Virus record (IMG/VR): IMGVR_UViG_3300046805_000080 | Location: 1-25,477 of that record | Source: a virus | Taxonomy: Duplodnaviria; Caudoviricetes | Reading direction: 5' to 3' (one strand) | DNA length: 25,477 bases | Shown here: positions 7,211 through 16,478 of the stretch, piece after piece | How the letters are laid out: every line of letters begins with the position of its first letter | Position numbering within the stretch: the first letter of the stretch is position 1 | Position numbers and translations under genes: made by a program | Notes under the pieces: generated by a model | Databases searched by the model: none | What the model was told of the DNA's origin: nothing | The model's input: only the letters and a program-made list of their open reading frames with translations

Positions 7211-7834
7211 ATGAAATCATTAACTTGGTTTAAATTCTGCCCATCGGATTGGATGATGGGCAGAATTAGCCGTCAAAGTTCAGATGTTCAAATTGCTTTC
7301 TTGCGTTTATGTTGCATTTACTGGAACAATGAATGCAGAATGACAATTGCACACGCTGAACTGGAAACGGACGGACATTTTCCAACATTGGTTAAACTAA
7401 ATATGGTTGAAACAAATGATGATTGTATTGTTATAAAATTCTTGGACATTCAAATCCAAGAAATTTATTCTGTCAAAGAACGGCTATCGTATGGTGGTAA
7501 AAAATCTGCTGAAAAACGATGGAACAAACAACCAGAAGAAAAACCTAAAAAGTCAAAACCTATTGTTACGGAAATTGATACTACATTGTTTGATTCTTTT
7601 TGGGAATGGTACCCAAAGAAACAAAACAAAGCAATGGCAAATAAATTGTTTATGCGTTTACCCATAGATGAACAACAACTTGCCATTAGTAACATTAAAC
7701 GATTGTTTGCTAATACACCCATTCAATATGTGCCAATGCCATCAACATACATTAATAACAAAAGATGGAATGATGAAATTAACACCAACCCTTTAAACCA
7801 AAAACCACAAGATGAAGAACCATATATTTATTGA
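7211..7834 (+). CDS. Replication initiator / replisome organizer (DUF1376/YdaU-like N-terminus)
   Basis: 'WFKFCPSDWMMGRI...AFLRLCCIYW', 'GGKKSAEKRW', C-terminal 'FDSFWEWYPKK...PSTYINNKRWNDE'; directly upstream of the helicase. Confidence 0.8.
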   Translation: MKSLTWFKFCPSDWMMGRISRQSSDVQIAFLRLCCIYWNNECRMTIAHAELETDGHFPTLVKLNMVETNDDCIVIKFLDIQIQEIYSVKERLSYGGKKSAEKRWNKQPEEKPKKSKPIVTEIDTTLFDSFWEWYPKKQNKAMANKLFMRLPIDEQQLAISNIKRLFANTPIQYVPMPSTYINNKRWNDEINTNPLNQKPQDEEPYIY

Positions 7835-9089
7835 AGAACGATTGCTTGGAATCATATTATCTGATTTGCCCAACACAGATGGCATTGTTCCAATGTTACA
7901 CGAAAACTTGTTTACAGATGAACGAGCCAAATTATTTCAAATAATCAAGCAAGTTTATAACAACAATTTGCCCATCAACATTGCTACCATTGGCAAACAA
8001 ATCATTGACAACAAAAGCAATATTGATTTAGCCGCAATGATTAGTTATACGGATGGTGTTTACTACGGACACGAATGGAAAGTTTATGCAAATGATTTAA
8101 ACGATTTGTACAAACAAAGAGAAATACATAAACTGAAACAAAAATTAGTTACTGGGGAATTGGATATTAGTGGTGCATTTAATGAGATGACCGAACTTAA
8201 TAACAAATCTCTTGAACCATCCGATATTACGGCACATAAATTGTCTGTCAATTATTTGGTCAATTTATCGTATCAAATGTCTGGACAAAGACCAACACAA
8301 ACTTACCAAACATTTATTCGTCCAATTGATTATGTTGTTACTGGTTTTAGGCAAAGTGAATTTATATTGTTAGGAGGCAGACCAGCAATGGGCAAAACAT
8401 TATTGGCTTTGCAATGGGCATTAAATCAATGTATGCAAGACATACCTATTGCTTTCTTTACAATGGAAATGTCCACAGATGAATTGATGCAACGCATTTG
8501 TTCTAACCTTTGTGATATAAATGGTCACGCATTTCTTGACCCATATAACAGAATAACACAAGAACAATTTACGCATATGGGCATAACCATTGACCAATTA
8601 AAAGACAAACCATTGCACATTGTGGATTTGCCTTCGGCTAACATTGAACGCATTGAATCCGAAATTGTAAGATTAAAAGCAAGGTATGGCATTGTTGGTT
8701 TTTATTTGGATTATTTTCAATTGATATCCCCAATGCCTCACGATTTGATAAAAGGCAAAACAGAACAATACACAAACATAAGCAAAGCCATTAAAGCAAT
8801 GTGCAAACGGCATAATGTGTTTGGTGTTGTTGTTTCATCATTGTCAAGGCAAACAGAACAAAGACCAGACCACAGACCACAATTATCGGATTTGCGTGAA
8901 ACTGGGCAATTAGAATTTGATGCTAACAAAGTTGTGTTTGTTTACAGACCTTCGGAATATATGACTGGTCAAGAAAAAATTGACAACATTAACACAATGG
9001 AAGTTTTGATACGCAAAAACAGAAATGGTTCATTAGGTAACACAAAAATTGTTTGTCAATTAGAATACACCAAAGCATTTGCACAATGA
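7812..9089 (+). CDS. dnaB: Replicative DnaB-family helicase
   Basis: Walker A GRPAMGKT, FTMEM, LDYFQLI, RPQLSDLRETG, KNRNG. Confidence 0.95.
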   Translation: MKNHIFIEERLLGIILSDLPNTDGIVPMLHENLFTDERAKLFQIIKQVYNNNLPINIATIGKQIIDNKSNIDLAAMISYTDGVYYGHEWKVYANDLNDLYKQREIHKLKQKLVTGELDISGAFNEMTELNNKSLEPSDITAHKLSVNYLVNLSYQMSGQRPTQTYQTFIRPIDYVVTGFRQSEFILLGGRPAMGKTLLALQWALNQCMQDIPIAFFTMEMSTDELMQRICSNLCDINGHAFLDPYNRITQEQFTHMGITIDQLKDKPLHIVDLPSANIERIESEIVRLKARYGIVGFYLDYFQLISPMPHDLIKGKTEQYTNISKAIKAMCKRHNVFGVVVSSLSRQTEQRPDHRPQLSDLRETGQLEFDANKVVFVYRPSEYMTGQEKIDNINTMEVLIRKNRNGSLGNTKIVCQLEYTKAFAQ

Positions 9090-9418
9090 CCAAAGAATAT
9101 TTACTACAAAAAGAATGTGTTAGGTTATTCAACCTATTGTACCCAAATTGTTATGGGTTGTTGTTTTTGAATTATAACAATCCACGCAATGCAAAAAACG
9201 GCTATTATTTAAAAGGCATTGGATTAATTTCTGGTGTTGCTGATATGACATTGCTAACAAAAAGTGGTGCAGTATTTATTGAATTTAAAACCATCAAAGG
9301 CAAACAATCTGATTTGCAAAAACAATGGGAACAAACCATAACATCATATGGCTACACTTATGTTATTATCCGAACACCACAACAATTCTTAAACCTTTTA
9401 AAAACTTATCCTTTATGA
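9086..9418 (+). CDS. VRR-NUC domain nuclease
   Basis: ATGA overlap with dnaB; 'EYLLQ...GLISGVADM...FIEFKTIKGKQSDLQKQW'. Confidence 0.9.
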   Translation: MTKEYLLQKECVRLFNLLYPNCYGLLFLNYNNPRNAKNGYYLKGIGLISGVADMTLLTKSGAVFIEFKTIKGKQSDLQKQWEQTITSYGYTYVIIRTPQQFLNLLKTYPL

Positions 9419-9579
9419 AACACGAAATACAACCAAACAATTTTAGACAATGGCAATTACACATACGCAAGATTTGTGTTCAATGTATTAAGCCAGATTA
9501 TTCGGAAACAATTAAACCATTTACCATCAATTGGGAATTATATGGCAGAATTGTTATGGCAAAAAATATAAACAACTAA
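9415..9579 (+). CDS. Hypothetical protein (54 aa)
   Basis: ATGA overlap; MKHEIQPNNFRQWQLHI... Confidence 0.7.
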   Translation: MKHEIQPNNFRQWQLHIRKICVQCIKPDYSETIKPFTINWELYGRIVMAKNINN

Positions 9580-9582
9580 ACA

Positions 9583-9792
9583 ATGAATGACACAAAATAT
9601 TTACAATTGTTATTGATGTTAATGAACGCAATAACACAAAAAGATTTAAACAATAACAACGAATTGTTATGTGTTTTCCGTAAATGCCAAAACAATTTGG
9701 GTTTTAATCCGCACAAAAACAATATTAATATTGCTAATTATCTTGATAGAAAAACGGACTATTATTTTGCTATGTTAAATCCAGAAGAATGA
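9583..9792 (+). CDS. Hypothetical protein
   Basis: 69 aa, tightly packed. Confidence 0.65.
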   Translation: MNDTKYLQLLLMLMNAITQKDLNNNNELLCVFRKCQNNLGFNPHKNNINIANYLDRKTDYYFAMLNPEE

Positions 9793-9950
9793 ACCATCAT
9801 ATTTACAAACACTTTATTGTCAATCGTGTATTTACTAATAACAATAATGAACAAATGGAAACAAATATTAATGCACAAGCAATTATTATTTTTTTGTTAG
9901 TTGTTGGATTGTTTTGGCTATACCATAAATTAAATGATAATGAATCGTAA
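9789..9950 (+). CDS. Small single-TM protein (53 aa)
   Basis: ATGA overlap; ...METNINAQAIIIFLLVVGLFWLYHKLNDNES; stop overlaps the endolysin start. Confidence 0.5.
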   Translation: MNHHIYKHFIVNRVFTNNNNEQMETNINAQAIIIFLLVVGLFWLYHKLNDNES

Positions 9951-10365
9951 CATCAAATATCTTGTTTGCCATTGTACGGCTACACCAGTAAACACCAAAG
10001 TTGAATCCATTAAACGATATTGGAAAAACGAATTAAAATGGAAATCTGTTGGTTATCATAAAATAATTGAATCCAATGGTAACATTGTTACATTGGCTAA
10101 TGATGATGCTATAACAAATGGTGTTAAAGGCTACAACGCAGAATCATTGCATTGTTCATATGTTGGCGGTCAATTCAAAGACAATAGAACCATCCAACAA
10201 AGACAAGCAATTGCTGGTTTGCTATTGCATTGGTTAACATTATACCCAAACGCAAAAATTATTGGACATAAGGATTTCCCTAATGCCAAAAAAGATTGCC
10301 CACAATTTGATGCAGAAAAAGAATATGGTTATTTGTATGATGTTATAAAACAACAAACAACTTAA
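9934..10365 (+). CDS. Endolysin, N-acetylmuramoyl-L-alanine amidase (Amidase_2, T7 lysozyme-like)
   Basis: HCTAT, GYH, GVKGYN, YVGG, GHKDF and KDCPQFD zinc-amidase motifs; start may be 9940. Confidence 0.93.
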   Translation: MIMNRNIKYLVCHCTATPVNTKVESIKRYWKNELKWKSVGYHKIIESNGNIVTLANDDAITNGVKGYNAESLHCSYVGGQFKDNRTIQQRQAIAGLLLHWLTLYPNAKIIGHKDFPNAKKDCPQFDAEKEYGYLYDVIKQQTT

Positions 10366-10634
10366 CCATTATCTTTTTTTAGCCGTTGATTTTCAACTTC
10401 AAGTTTAGTAATATGCTTTTGCATTTCAACAACCTTTTTGTTGAGTTCAACCAATTGGTTTTTTAATTCAGCAATTTCTTTTTCTTGTGATTTAGCCGTT
10501 GTTTCCCACATTTCCAAAACGGCTTTCGCTTGTTTGACATTGACAGAATCTTTGTCAATCCAGCCTTTTGCCATCCAAGTTATAATATTGGATAACGCAA
10601 CCGCTAACACAATTAAAATGTCATTACTGGGCAT
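10362..10634 (-). CDS. N-terminal TM plus coiled-coil protein (lysis-associated, holin- or spanin-like)
   Basis: Hydrophobic N-terminus followed by heptad coiled coil; next to the holin-like gene. Confidence 0.6.
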   Translation of the reverse strand: MPSNDILIVLAVALSNIITWMAKGWIDKDSVNVKQAKAVLEMWETTAKSQEKEIAELKNQLVELNKKVVEMQKHITKLEVENQRLKKDNG

Positions 10635-10860
10635 CTTCGTCTTTGCCTTTAATTTTTGTTAGGAACATCCAACCAGTTGATAACAATGTCAATAATCCAC
10701 CAACCAATTCCAGCATAAGTTGTTCTGAAATCAATCCTTTGGCTACAATTGTTCCACCAATAAATGTCAAAATGTGCCGTAACAAGGCAATAATTGCTGA
10801 TTGCATAATTGTCAATTTAGGTTTGTTTGTTTGTTGTTTGCGTTTGAATAGTCTAAACAT
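10624..10860 (-). CDS. Putative two-TM holin
   Basis: 'LLRHILTFIGGTIVAKG...VGGLLTLLSTGW' followed by a basic tail; alternative start at 10806. Confidence 0.7.
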   Translation of the reverse strand: MFRLFKRKQQTNKPKLTIMQSAIIALLRHILTFIGGTIVAKGLISEQLMLELVGGLLTLLSTGWMFLTKIKGKDEDAQ

Positions 10861-10894
10861 AGATATTGTTTTTTAAATAATGTTGCAAATTGTG

Positions 10895-11446
10895 TTATGG
10901 TTCTGGCAAAATTGGCGGTGGCAAAGGTATTGATGGGCAAGTATCCGATGGGGACAAACCACCAATAACATTTGGATAAGGCACATTCAATGTTATGGTA
11001 AAATTCCAACCGCCAGTAATATCTTCCCCACTTTCAACAAATCTTTGACCATTGCTGGATTCCAAAAATTCCCAATTATATGTTGGCTCATTGCGTAATG
11101 CACTAATAATATCCAAGCCAATAAACAATGTATCGTTTAACACTTCATCTTCACTATTCATCCAAGCATTAACTGCACCAGTAACAATGTCATTTACAAT
11201 TTTGCCAGATTCCACTTTATCGGAAATAAACATATTAAATGTGAATGCAATCATTTCTTCATTGTCCACATTAACATTTTGTACATCAATAAATAACAAT
11301 GGATATTGCAACCTTTCTCTGGTTATTGTTCGTAAATTAATTGTGTTATGCGTTCCGATGTCTATTGGACTGCCAGTTCCGAATGCGTTTATTTGCGGAT
11401 GATTTATTGCTATTTGCATTAACGCATTCTTGATTTGATTCCACAT
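10895..11446 (-). CDS. Tail terminator / tail completion protein (putative)
   Basis: 'HPQINAFGTG...YPLLFID...EVLNDTL...RF.....TGGW' pattern and position after the adaptor. Confidence 0.6.
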   Translation of the reverse strand: MWNQIKNALMQIAINHPQINAFGTGSPIDIGTHNTINLRTITRERLQYPLLFIDVQNVNVDNEEMIAFTFNMFISDKVESGKIVNDIVTGAVNAWMNSEDEVLNDTLFIGLDIISALRNEPTYNWEFLESSNGQRFVESGEDITGGWNFTITLNVPYPNVIGGLSPSDTCPSIPLPPPILPEP

Positions 11447-11489
11447 ATTTCTTTAATTTAATGATGTTGGTTTTGTGTATGCCCATTTG

Positions 11490-12077
11490 TTAGCATTCTT
11501 TACAAATTGTGTTACCATAATTGTATGGGTAATCCAATCCCCAATTGCCTCGTCTTGTGTTACGATTTAATACCATTCCAGTATTGTAATTGTTCATATT
11601 TGGGTAAATAGTATCCAATGCGGCTGGTGGATTATTCCACAATGGATATAGTGTTCTATTTTCCATCAAATGCCTTGTAATGCGTTCAGAATACCATTCA
11701 GCATCTGTTAATGCTTTGTCCGTTAATCTAACAATTTCATCAACGGACATTGGTGTTGTGTTATCACTTGTTTGCCGTACCATTCCCCTATTGACAAAAC
11801 GGAATGACAACACAGATGGCAATTCATAATACAACCATTGGATAATACAAGGTTGTATATGGTCTTGTAACAATGTTACATTTTGTGCTGATATTACTTG
11901 TGGTGTTGTTTTAACTTGTGTTACAATTTCATTGTACAACGCAGAACCTAAAATTGGTTGTATCCGCATTTCTTGAACCTTAACAATGGTTGGTCTAATC
12001 ATTGTATAAGATACATTCTCATTAATGACTGAATTCTCAATCAATGTTTGTTCTGTTATAAATAATGCCTTGTTCAT
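11490..12077 (-). CDS. Head-tail adaptor / connector (putative)
   Basis: 'ALFITEQTL...IQPILGSALYNEI...AEWYSER...YPLW'; directly downstream of the portal. Confidence 0.65.
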   Translation of the reverse strand: MNKALFITEQTLIENSVINENVSYTMIRPTIVKVQEMRIQPILGSALYNEIVTQVKTTPQVISAQNVTLLQDHIQPCIIQWLYYELPSVLSFRFVNRGMVRQTSDNTTPMSVDEIVRLTDKALTDAEWYSERITRHLMENRTLYPLWNNPPAALDTIYPNMNNYNTGMVLNRNTRRGNWGLDYPYNYGNTICKEC

Positions 12078-14350
12078 AGTGAAATTAATTTTTTGCCTTT
12101 CCTAATTACCAATTGTTGTTGCCAAATATGTCTGCAACTTGGTGACCTAACACCATCTGATTCCGTGTACCAGCCACCACGCTTATTCCAAACACTATAA
12201 CCCATAACATCAGAAATAGCATTGATGTCTTTTCTGGTGTACACTTTGCCAGACCGACTCAAATTCATCATTGTTCTGCAAAATGCTCTTGATGTTACCA
12301 AATCGGAATCATCAAATTCGCCACTTCGCCATTCGTATTTATACATTACCTCAATTACTTTTTCTTCTTCTGGTTGTGTTTTGTTTTTAATTTTCCTTTC
12401 AACTTCTTCTTGATATGGAAACTTATTGTTATCAACCAAATAAGCAATGCGTTTTGTTACTTTTGTTTCGCTAACACCTAATGCATTAGCCATTTGTTTT
12501 GCACCATCATTTGGATATTTTTTGTGATGTGCTAAAATTCGCTTATCCAAATCTTTATCTTCAACTGACATTTCAGCAAAGGCATATAAACGATAACTAT
12601 CCAATGTCATATCAATGTCTTGCATTTCAGTTATAATTGGCAAATGCTTTGTGTGTAACACAATATAATCTTCTGCATTTTTGCCCAATTTTAAACCAAG
12701 TTGATTTAACACTTGGTATTCCTTTTCCCCCCAAACACATTCTATTTCACCACCTTTAATAACACTAAATTGTTGTTCTTCACGAACACCCAATATTGTG
12801 TTAATTTCATCTTCGCTCAATCCAAATCCAGCCGTTAGCATTGTCTTTGCAATGTCTAATGTTATTTTATTTTGGGTATATTGTCTAACAATTCTCATAA
12901 GATTTTGGTATTCCCTACCACTTAATTTTCTTAAATGTTCATTTGAAATTAAACCTTGTTCTTTTGTTGGCTCTGGACTAACTTGTGTTGTAACATCAAT
13001 GTCTGAAATTACTTCGCCTTCTGGTTTTGGTGGCAATGATACCAATGCCCTAATTTCATTTGGGGACATTGATTCCAATACTTTGTTAGCAACCAATGGG
13101 GATAGCGAATTGATGGCTTCAATAACATCTTTTACAGATGATTCTTGCTTTGTTTCCAATTCTGGCAATCCAGCCTTTTCACGCAATTCTTCTTTGGTCA
13201 TTGCTTGTAACAATGCCGTTTCGGAAAGTTGTTGTGTTATAGGGTCTTTTGGAATTAATTCCAATGTTGTAACACCATTAAAAGATGCTAAATAATTAAT
13301 CATCCTTTCAATTTTTTGCACTCTATCATCTACATAAACAGATTTAAAAATTTCATACGATGAAACCAATTCTGTGTTACCACCCAATTGACCTTCTGTT
13401 TTAACACCAAATAATAATGGATTTGTGCAACGATGCCCAATAAAAATTTCTTGTTGTACGGCATCATTTAACATTGAAAATTGTTTGTCCATATCCGATG
13501 GTGTCAATGGTAACAATGATGGTGCTTTACTTGCATCATCATTAAATGTTACAACAAACCTACCAGCGTTATCTGTACCAGAAAACTTGTTTTTTATTTG
13601 CCGTTCAATTTCATCTTGTTCTTCTGGTGTTGGTATGCCGTTATTAAAATTAATTAAATACCCACCCCAAAAATTGTTACGCAAATTGTTGTTATGAAAA
13701 TTTGCAATTTCAACATCTGCTTCAATCCAAGCCAATGCACCCAAATATTCTGGCAATGGATAATGTTTAACACCAGCCGAATAAACACGATAATAAAATA
13801 ATTGCCTACCAATTCTATTGTTAGCATCAAAGCATTCAATTTTTTCTATATCCTTATCGTGTGGAAATATTTGATTGCCTAATTCATCATACCAAGTTGC
13901 TATCTGAAATCCTTTGTTATCACGATTTACCCTAATCTTTTCAAATGGAATGTGTTCGTAACTATGAATTGTGCCAATCTTACTCCATTGAACTGCAATA
14001 GCAAAGCCATTAAACAATTCTAAATCCAATATTAGTTTTTCCGTAACATCATTTAAATCTTCATCATTGAATGCGTTTTTAAAAAACTTGTTATAAATGG
14101 CTTCATCTTCCAATGTGGATTCTTGTGTTACCCTCCAACCTTTTCCAAATATGTAATTTGTTTTGCCGTTTACAATTGCGTTATGCTTTGAACTGCGTCT
14201 GTACATATCCAGCAAATAATATGGGTATTCATTGTTAAGACCATATGTTATGTATTTGCCAGTTCTGTTATCCAACATAATCGGCACTTTGTGTTCAATG
14301 CCAGACCATTGCATAAATTGTTGAGCAATTTGTTTTTTATCAATTTGCAT
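12074..14350 (-). CDS. Portal protein with a long C-terminal extension
   Basis: 'YGLNNEYPYYLLDMYRRSSKHNAIV', 'YPLPEYLGA', 'KFSGTDNAGRF', 'IFIGHRCTNPLLFGV' portal motifs in the first ~400 aa. Confidence 0.88.
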   Translation of the reverse strand: MQIDKKQIAQQFMQWSGIEHKVPIMLDNRTGKYITYGLNNEYPYYLLDMYRRSSKHNAIVNGKTNYIFGKGWRVTQESTLEDEAIYNKFFKNAFNDEDLNDVTEKLILDLELFNGFAIAVQWSKIGTIHSYEHIPFEKIRVNRDNKGFQIATWYDELGNQIFPHDKDIEKIECFDANNRIGRQLFYYRVYSAGVKHYPLPEYLGALAWIEADVEIANFHNNNLRNNFWGGYLINFNNGIPTPEEQDEIERQIKNKFSGTDNAGRFVVTFNDDASKAPSLLPLTPSDMDKQFSMLNDAVQQEIFIGHRCTNPLLFGVKTEGQLGGNTELVSSYEIFKSVYVDDRVQKIERMINYLASFNGVTTLELIPKDPITQQLSETALLQAMTKEELREKAGLPELETKQESSVKDVIEAINSLSPLVANKVLESMSPNEIRALVSLPPKPEGEVISDIDVTTQVSPEPTKEQGLISNEHLRKLSGREYQNLMRIVRQYTQNKITLDIAKTMLTAGFGLSEDEINTILGVREEQQFSVIKGGEIECVWGEKEYQVLNQLGLKLGKNAEDYIVLHTKHLPIITEMQDIDMTLDSYRLYAFAEMSVEDKDLDKRILAHHKKYPNDGAKQMANALGVSETKVTKRIAYLVDNNKFPYQEEVERKIKNKTQPEEEKVIEVMYKYEWRSGEFDDSDLVTSRAFCRTMMNLSRSGKVYTRKDINAISDVMGYSVWNKRGGWYTESDGVRSPSCRHIWQQQLVIRKGKKLISL

Positions 14351-14693
14351 ATTCTTTGTAGTTTATATCTGAATGATATGTTTTTGTATTTGCTTCTTGT
14401 AATTGAATATAAGCAATGCCAGTTTCAACAACACCAGTTGCATTTGCAATTCCGCTTGTGCAATCATATACAATGTAACTATATGTTCCTTCATTTAAAT
14501 CTGGAATTGTAATTGTAAATAGGTCATATCTGTCTTTAATAACAGATTGATTATTGCTCTTGGTAATCAAAATATTTGTTGTTTCGTTTGATGATAAACT
14601 GCGTAATTGTAACAAATATCTTGTTCCAGATTTTTGCCTTTCAGACCAAGTAACTTCTATTGTGTTACTACTATTTGTGGTAAAGTATAACAT
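14340..14693 (-). CDS. Hypothetical structural protein (beta-rich)
   Basis: 117 aa; 'GTYSYIVY...VVETGIAY'; overlaps the portal start. Confidence 0.75.
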   Translation of the reverse strand: MLYFTTNSSNTIEVTWSERQKSGTRYLLQLRSLSSNETTNILITKSNNQSVIKDRYDLFTITIPDLNEGTYSYIVYDCTSGIANATGVVETGIAYIQLQEANTKTYHSDINYKEYAN

Positions 14694-14728
14694 CGTTTTA
14701 TTATAAATACTTAATTGACAAAATGTTA

Positions 14729-15802
14729 CTATTTTTTTGTCAATTGTTGGTACAATTCATAGCGTTTTTGACCAGTTTTCTTAATGTCAAATAATTTCTT
14801 TATGTCTTGTGTTAAATTATTAGCCAATTCAATACGCATATCTTTGTCATTAATCAAGGTTTTTATTGCTTTATGCCATCCGTTTTTCTTGTTTTGTGGT
14901 ATCAATATGCCGTTTTTGTTATGCGTTATAACATCAGAATATGGAATAATATCAGATGTAATTATGGCTTTGTTCATCCATCCAGCCTCAACAATTTTCA
15001 ATTCAGATTTTAATTTGTTAAACTTTGTGTCTTTTAATGGTGCAAGTGCAACATTTACAAAGTTGTATCCGCTAACATAAGAATAAATATCTGCGGCTTT
15101 TATGCGTCCATAATTTGGGTTTTTATTGTTGTTACTAAACACTTGCTCATAACCTTTGTAAATTGGATTAGGCTCATTCCAACCAGCCAAATAAATCCTA
15201 TATCGGTCATTTAATGTGTTATCATAACACAATGTTTGCATTGAATCACGCAACAATTCAATATCTTCTGTATGTTGTGCCGCACCAAACCAACCAAATT
15301 TTGTCAATTCTTTTTCTTGTTCTTGGTCTAAATCTGGAACAAATTGTTGGTATTTGTCATATGGTTCATTGGGCAATATTGTTATGTTTTTGTTCAATGG
15401 TGTAATGGCTTCGGCTAAATATGTGGTTGTTGTTATAATATGGTCTGCCAACCTCATTTGATGCCTTAACTTTTCAGCCGTTTTGTTTTTGACATAATCA
15501 ACATACATTGGATGCCCAGATTCCAAAACCCAATAATCATCCATATCTAACACAACTTTTGCCCCTAATTGCTTTAATCCATTGTACATCGTTTCTATAT
15601 CTTCATTGCTCCCTAACAACCAGTACCGATTAAACAAAAAAATGTCAATGTCTGCTAATTGTTCTTTTGTCAAATCCAGCAAACTATTTGTGCTAACAAA
15701 ATCTACATCTGGGTAATTATCAGCAATATACGCATTAGGCATTTCCAGCCGATAATAACTGCAACCAGTTGGATGCACATTGTAACAAATACATACTTTC
15801 AT
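14729..15802 (-). CDS. Glycosyltransferase, GT-B fold (GT4-like)
   Basis: Start MKVCICY at 15802; 'GCSYYRL..P', 'VLDMDDYW', 'ADHIITTT..LA', 'GWFGAAQH', 'ALAPLKDTKFNKLKSELKIVEAG'. Confidence 0.9.
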   Translation of the reverse strand: MKVCICYNVHPTGCSYYRLEMPNAYIADNYPDVDFVSTNSLLDLTKEQLADIDIFLFNRYWLLGSNEDIETMYNGLKQLGAKVVLDMDDYWVLESGHPMYVDYVKNKTAEKLRHQMRLADHIITTTTYLAEAITPLNKNITILPNEPYDKYQQFVPDLDQEQEKELTKFGWFGAAQHTEDIELLRDSMQTLCYDNTLNDRYRIYLAGWNEPNPIYKGYEQVFSNNNKNPNYGRIKAADIYSYVSGYNFVNVALAPLKDTKFNKLKSELKIVEAGWMNKAIITSDIIPYSDVITHNKNGILIPQNKKNGWHKAIKTLINDKDMRIELANNLTQDIKKLFDIKKTGQKRYELYQQLTKK

Positions 15803-15817
15803 TTTATAACAAATTTT

Positions 15818-15828
15818 GACAAATATAA
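15818..15828 (-). promoter_or_regulatory. Bacteroidota -7 element TATATTTG upstream of the glycosyltransferase (second copy near 15888-15895)
   Basis: Minus strand reads gttatatttgtc at this site and gttatatttgta upstream. Confidence 0.45.
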
Positions 15829-15855
15829 CAAAGCCCCACCATTTCTGGTGAGGCT
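15826..15855 (-). terminator. Intrinsic terminator after the capsid/tail-tube genes
   Basis: Minus strand AGCCTCACCA-GAAA-TGGTGGGGCT then TTGTT. Confidence 0.8.
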
Positions 15856-15910
15856 CTGTCAACCCTTTAATTATGAATGAAAACCTTACAAATATAACAA
15901 CAAATTAGTG

Positions 15911-16465
15911 TTATGCACCAACCATTGTTGTTGGGCTTGTAATTGTTGCTAACAATGACCCAGATACTTCTAACATAGGTCTGCTTTCCATTCCGTTTAA
16001 TGTGAATGCATAGCCGTTCCTATCCCCAAATGCCGTACCAGAATCTTGTGAACCAGTAAGCATATCCAAAGCATTGTCAATTCCTAACAACCAATATCTT
16101 CCATTTCTATCTTCTGCAATTGCAACCAATTGACCTTGTGCCATTAAAGCCATTTGGTTTCGTACTTGCGTTTGCAATTTGTTAATAACAAATGTTGCTT
16201 CTGGTTGGTAAAATGTTGTGCCGTTTTCTAAACTACCAACAATTGCTTCCTTAAACATTGAAGTTGATTTTGTCAAATTGTAGGTGTAAAACGCATTGTT
16301 ACCACCAGTACCAGCACTTGCATACCCAGTAAATGCAGTAACAACATTCGCAGTTGTTACGGCAACAGAGCCAGTTGTGTTAAAATTAGCAACACGAATT
16401 GACCGCATACCTCCGACATTGTTCCTTGAACAACCCAGAGAATAACCACTTGTTAGAGTACACAT
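15911..16465 (-). CDS. Major tail tube protein (putative)
   Basis: 'CTLTSG...C....GG', 'SLENGTTFYQ', 'EDRNGRYWLLG', 'GTAFGDRNGYAFTL.GME'. Confidence 0.7.
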   Translation of the reverse strand: MCTLTSGYSLGCSRNNVGGMRSIRVANFNTTGSVAVTTANVVTAFTGYASAGTGGNNAFYTYNLTKSTSMFKEAIVGSLENGTTFYQPEATFVINKLQTQVRNQMALMAQGQLVAIAEDRNGRYWLLGIDNALDMLTGSQDSGTAFGDRNGYAFTLNGMESRPMLEVSGSLLATITSPTTMVGA

Positions 16466-16478
16466 ATGTTATAACAAT

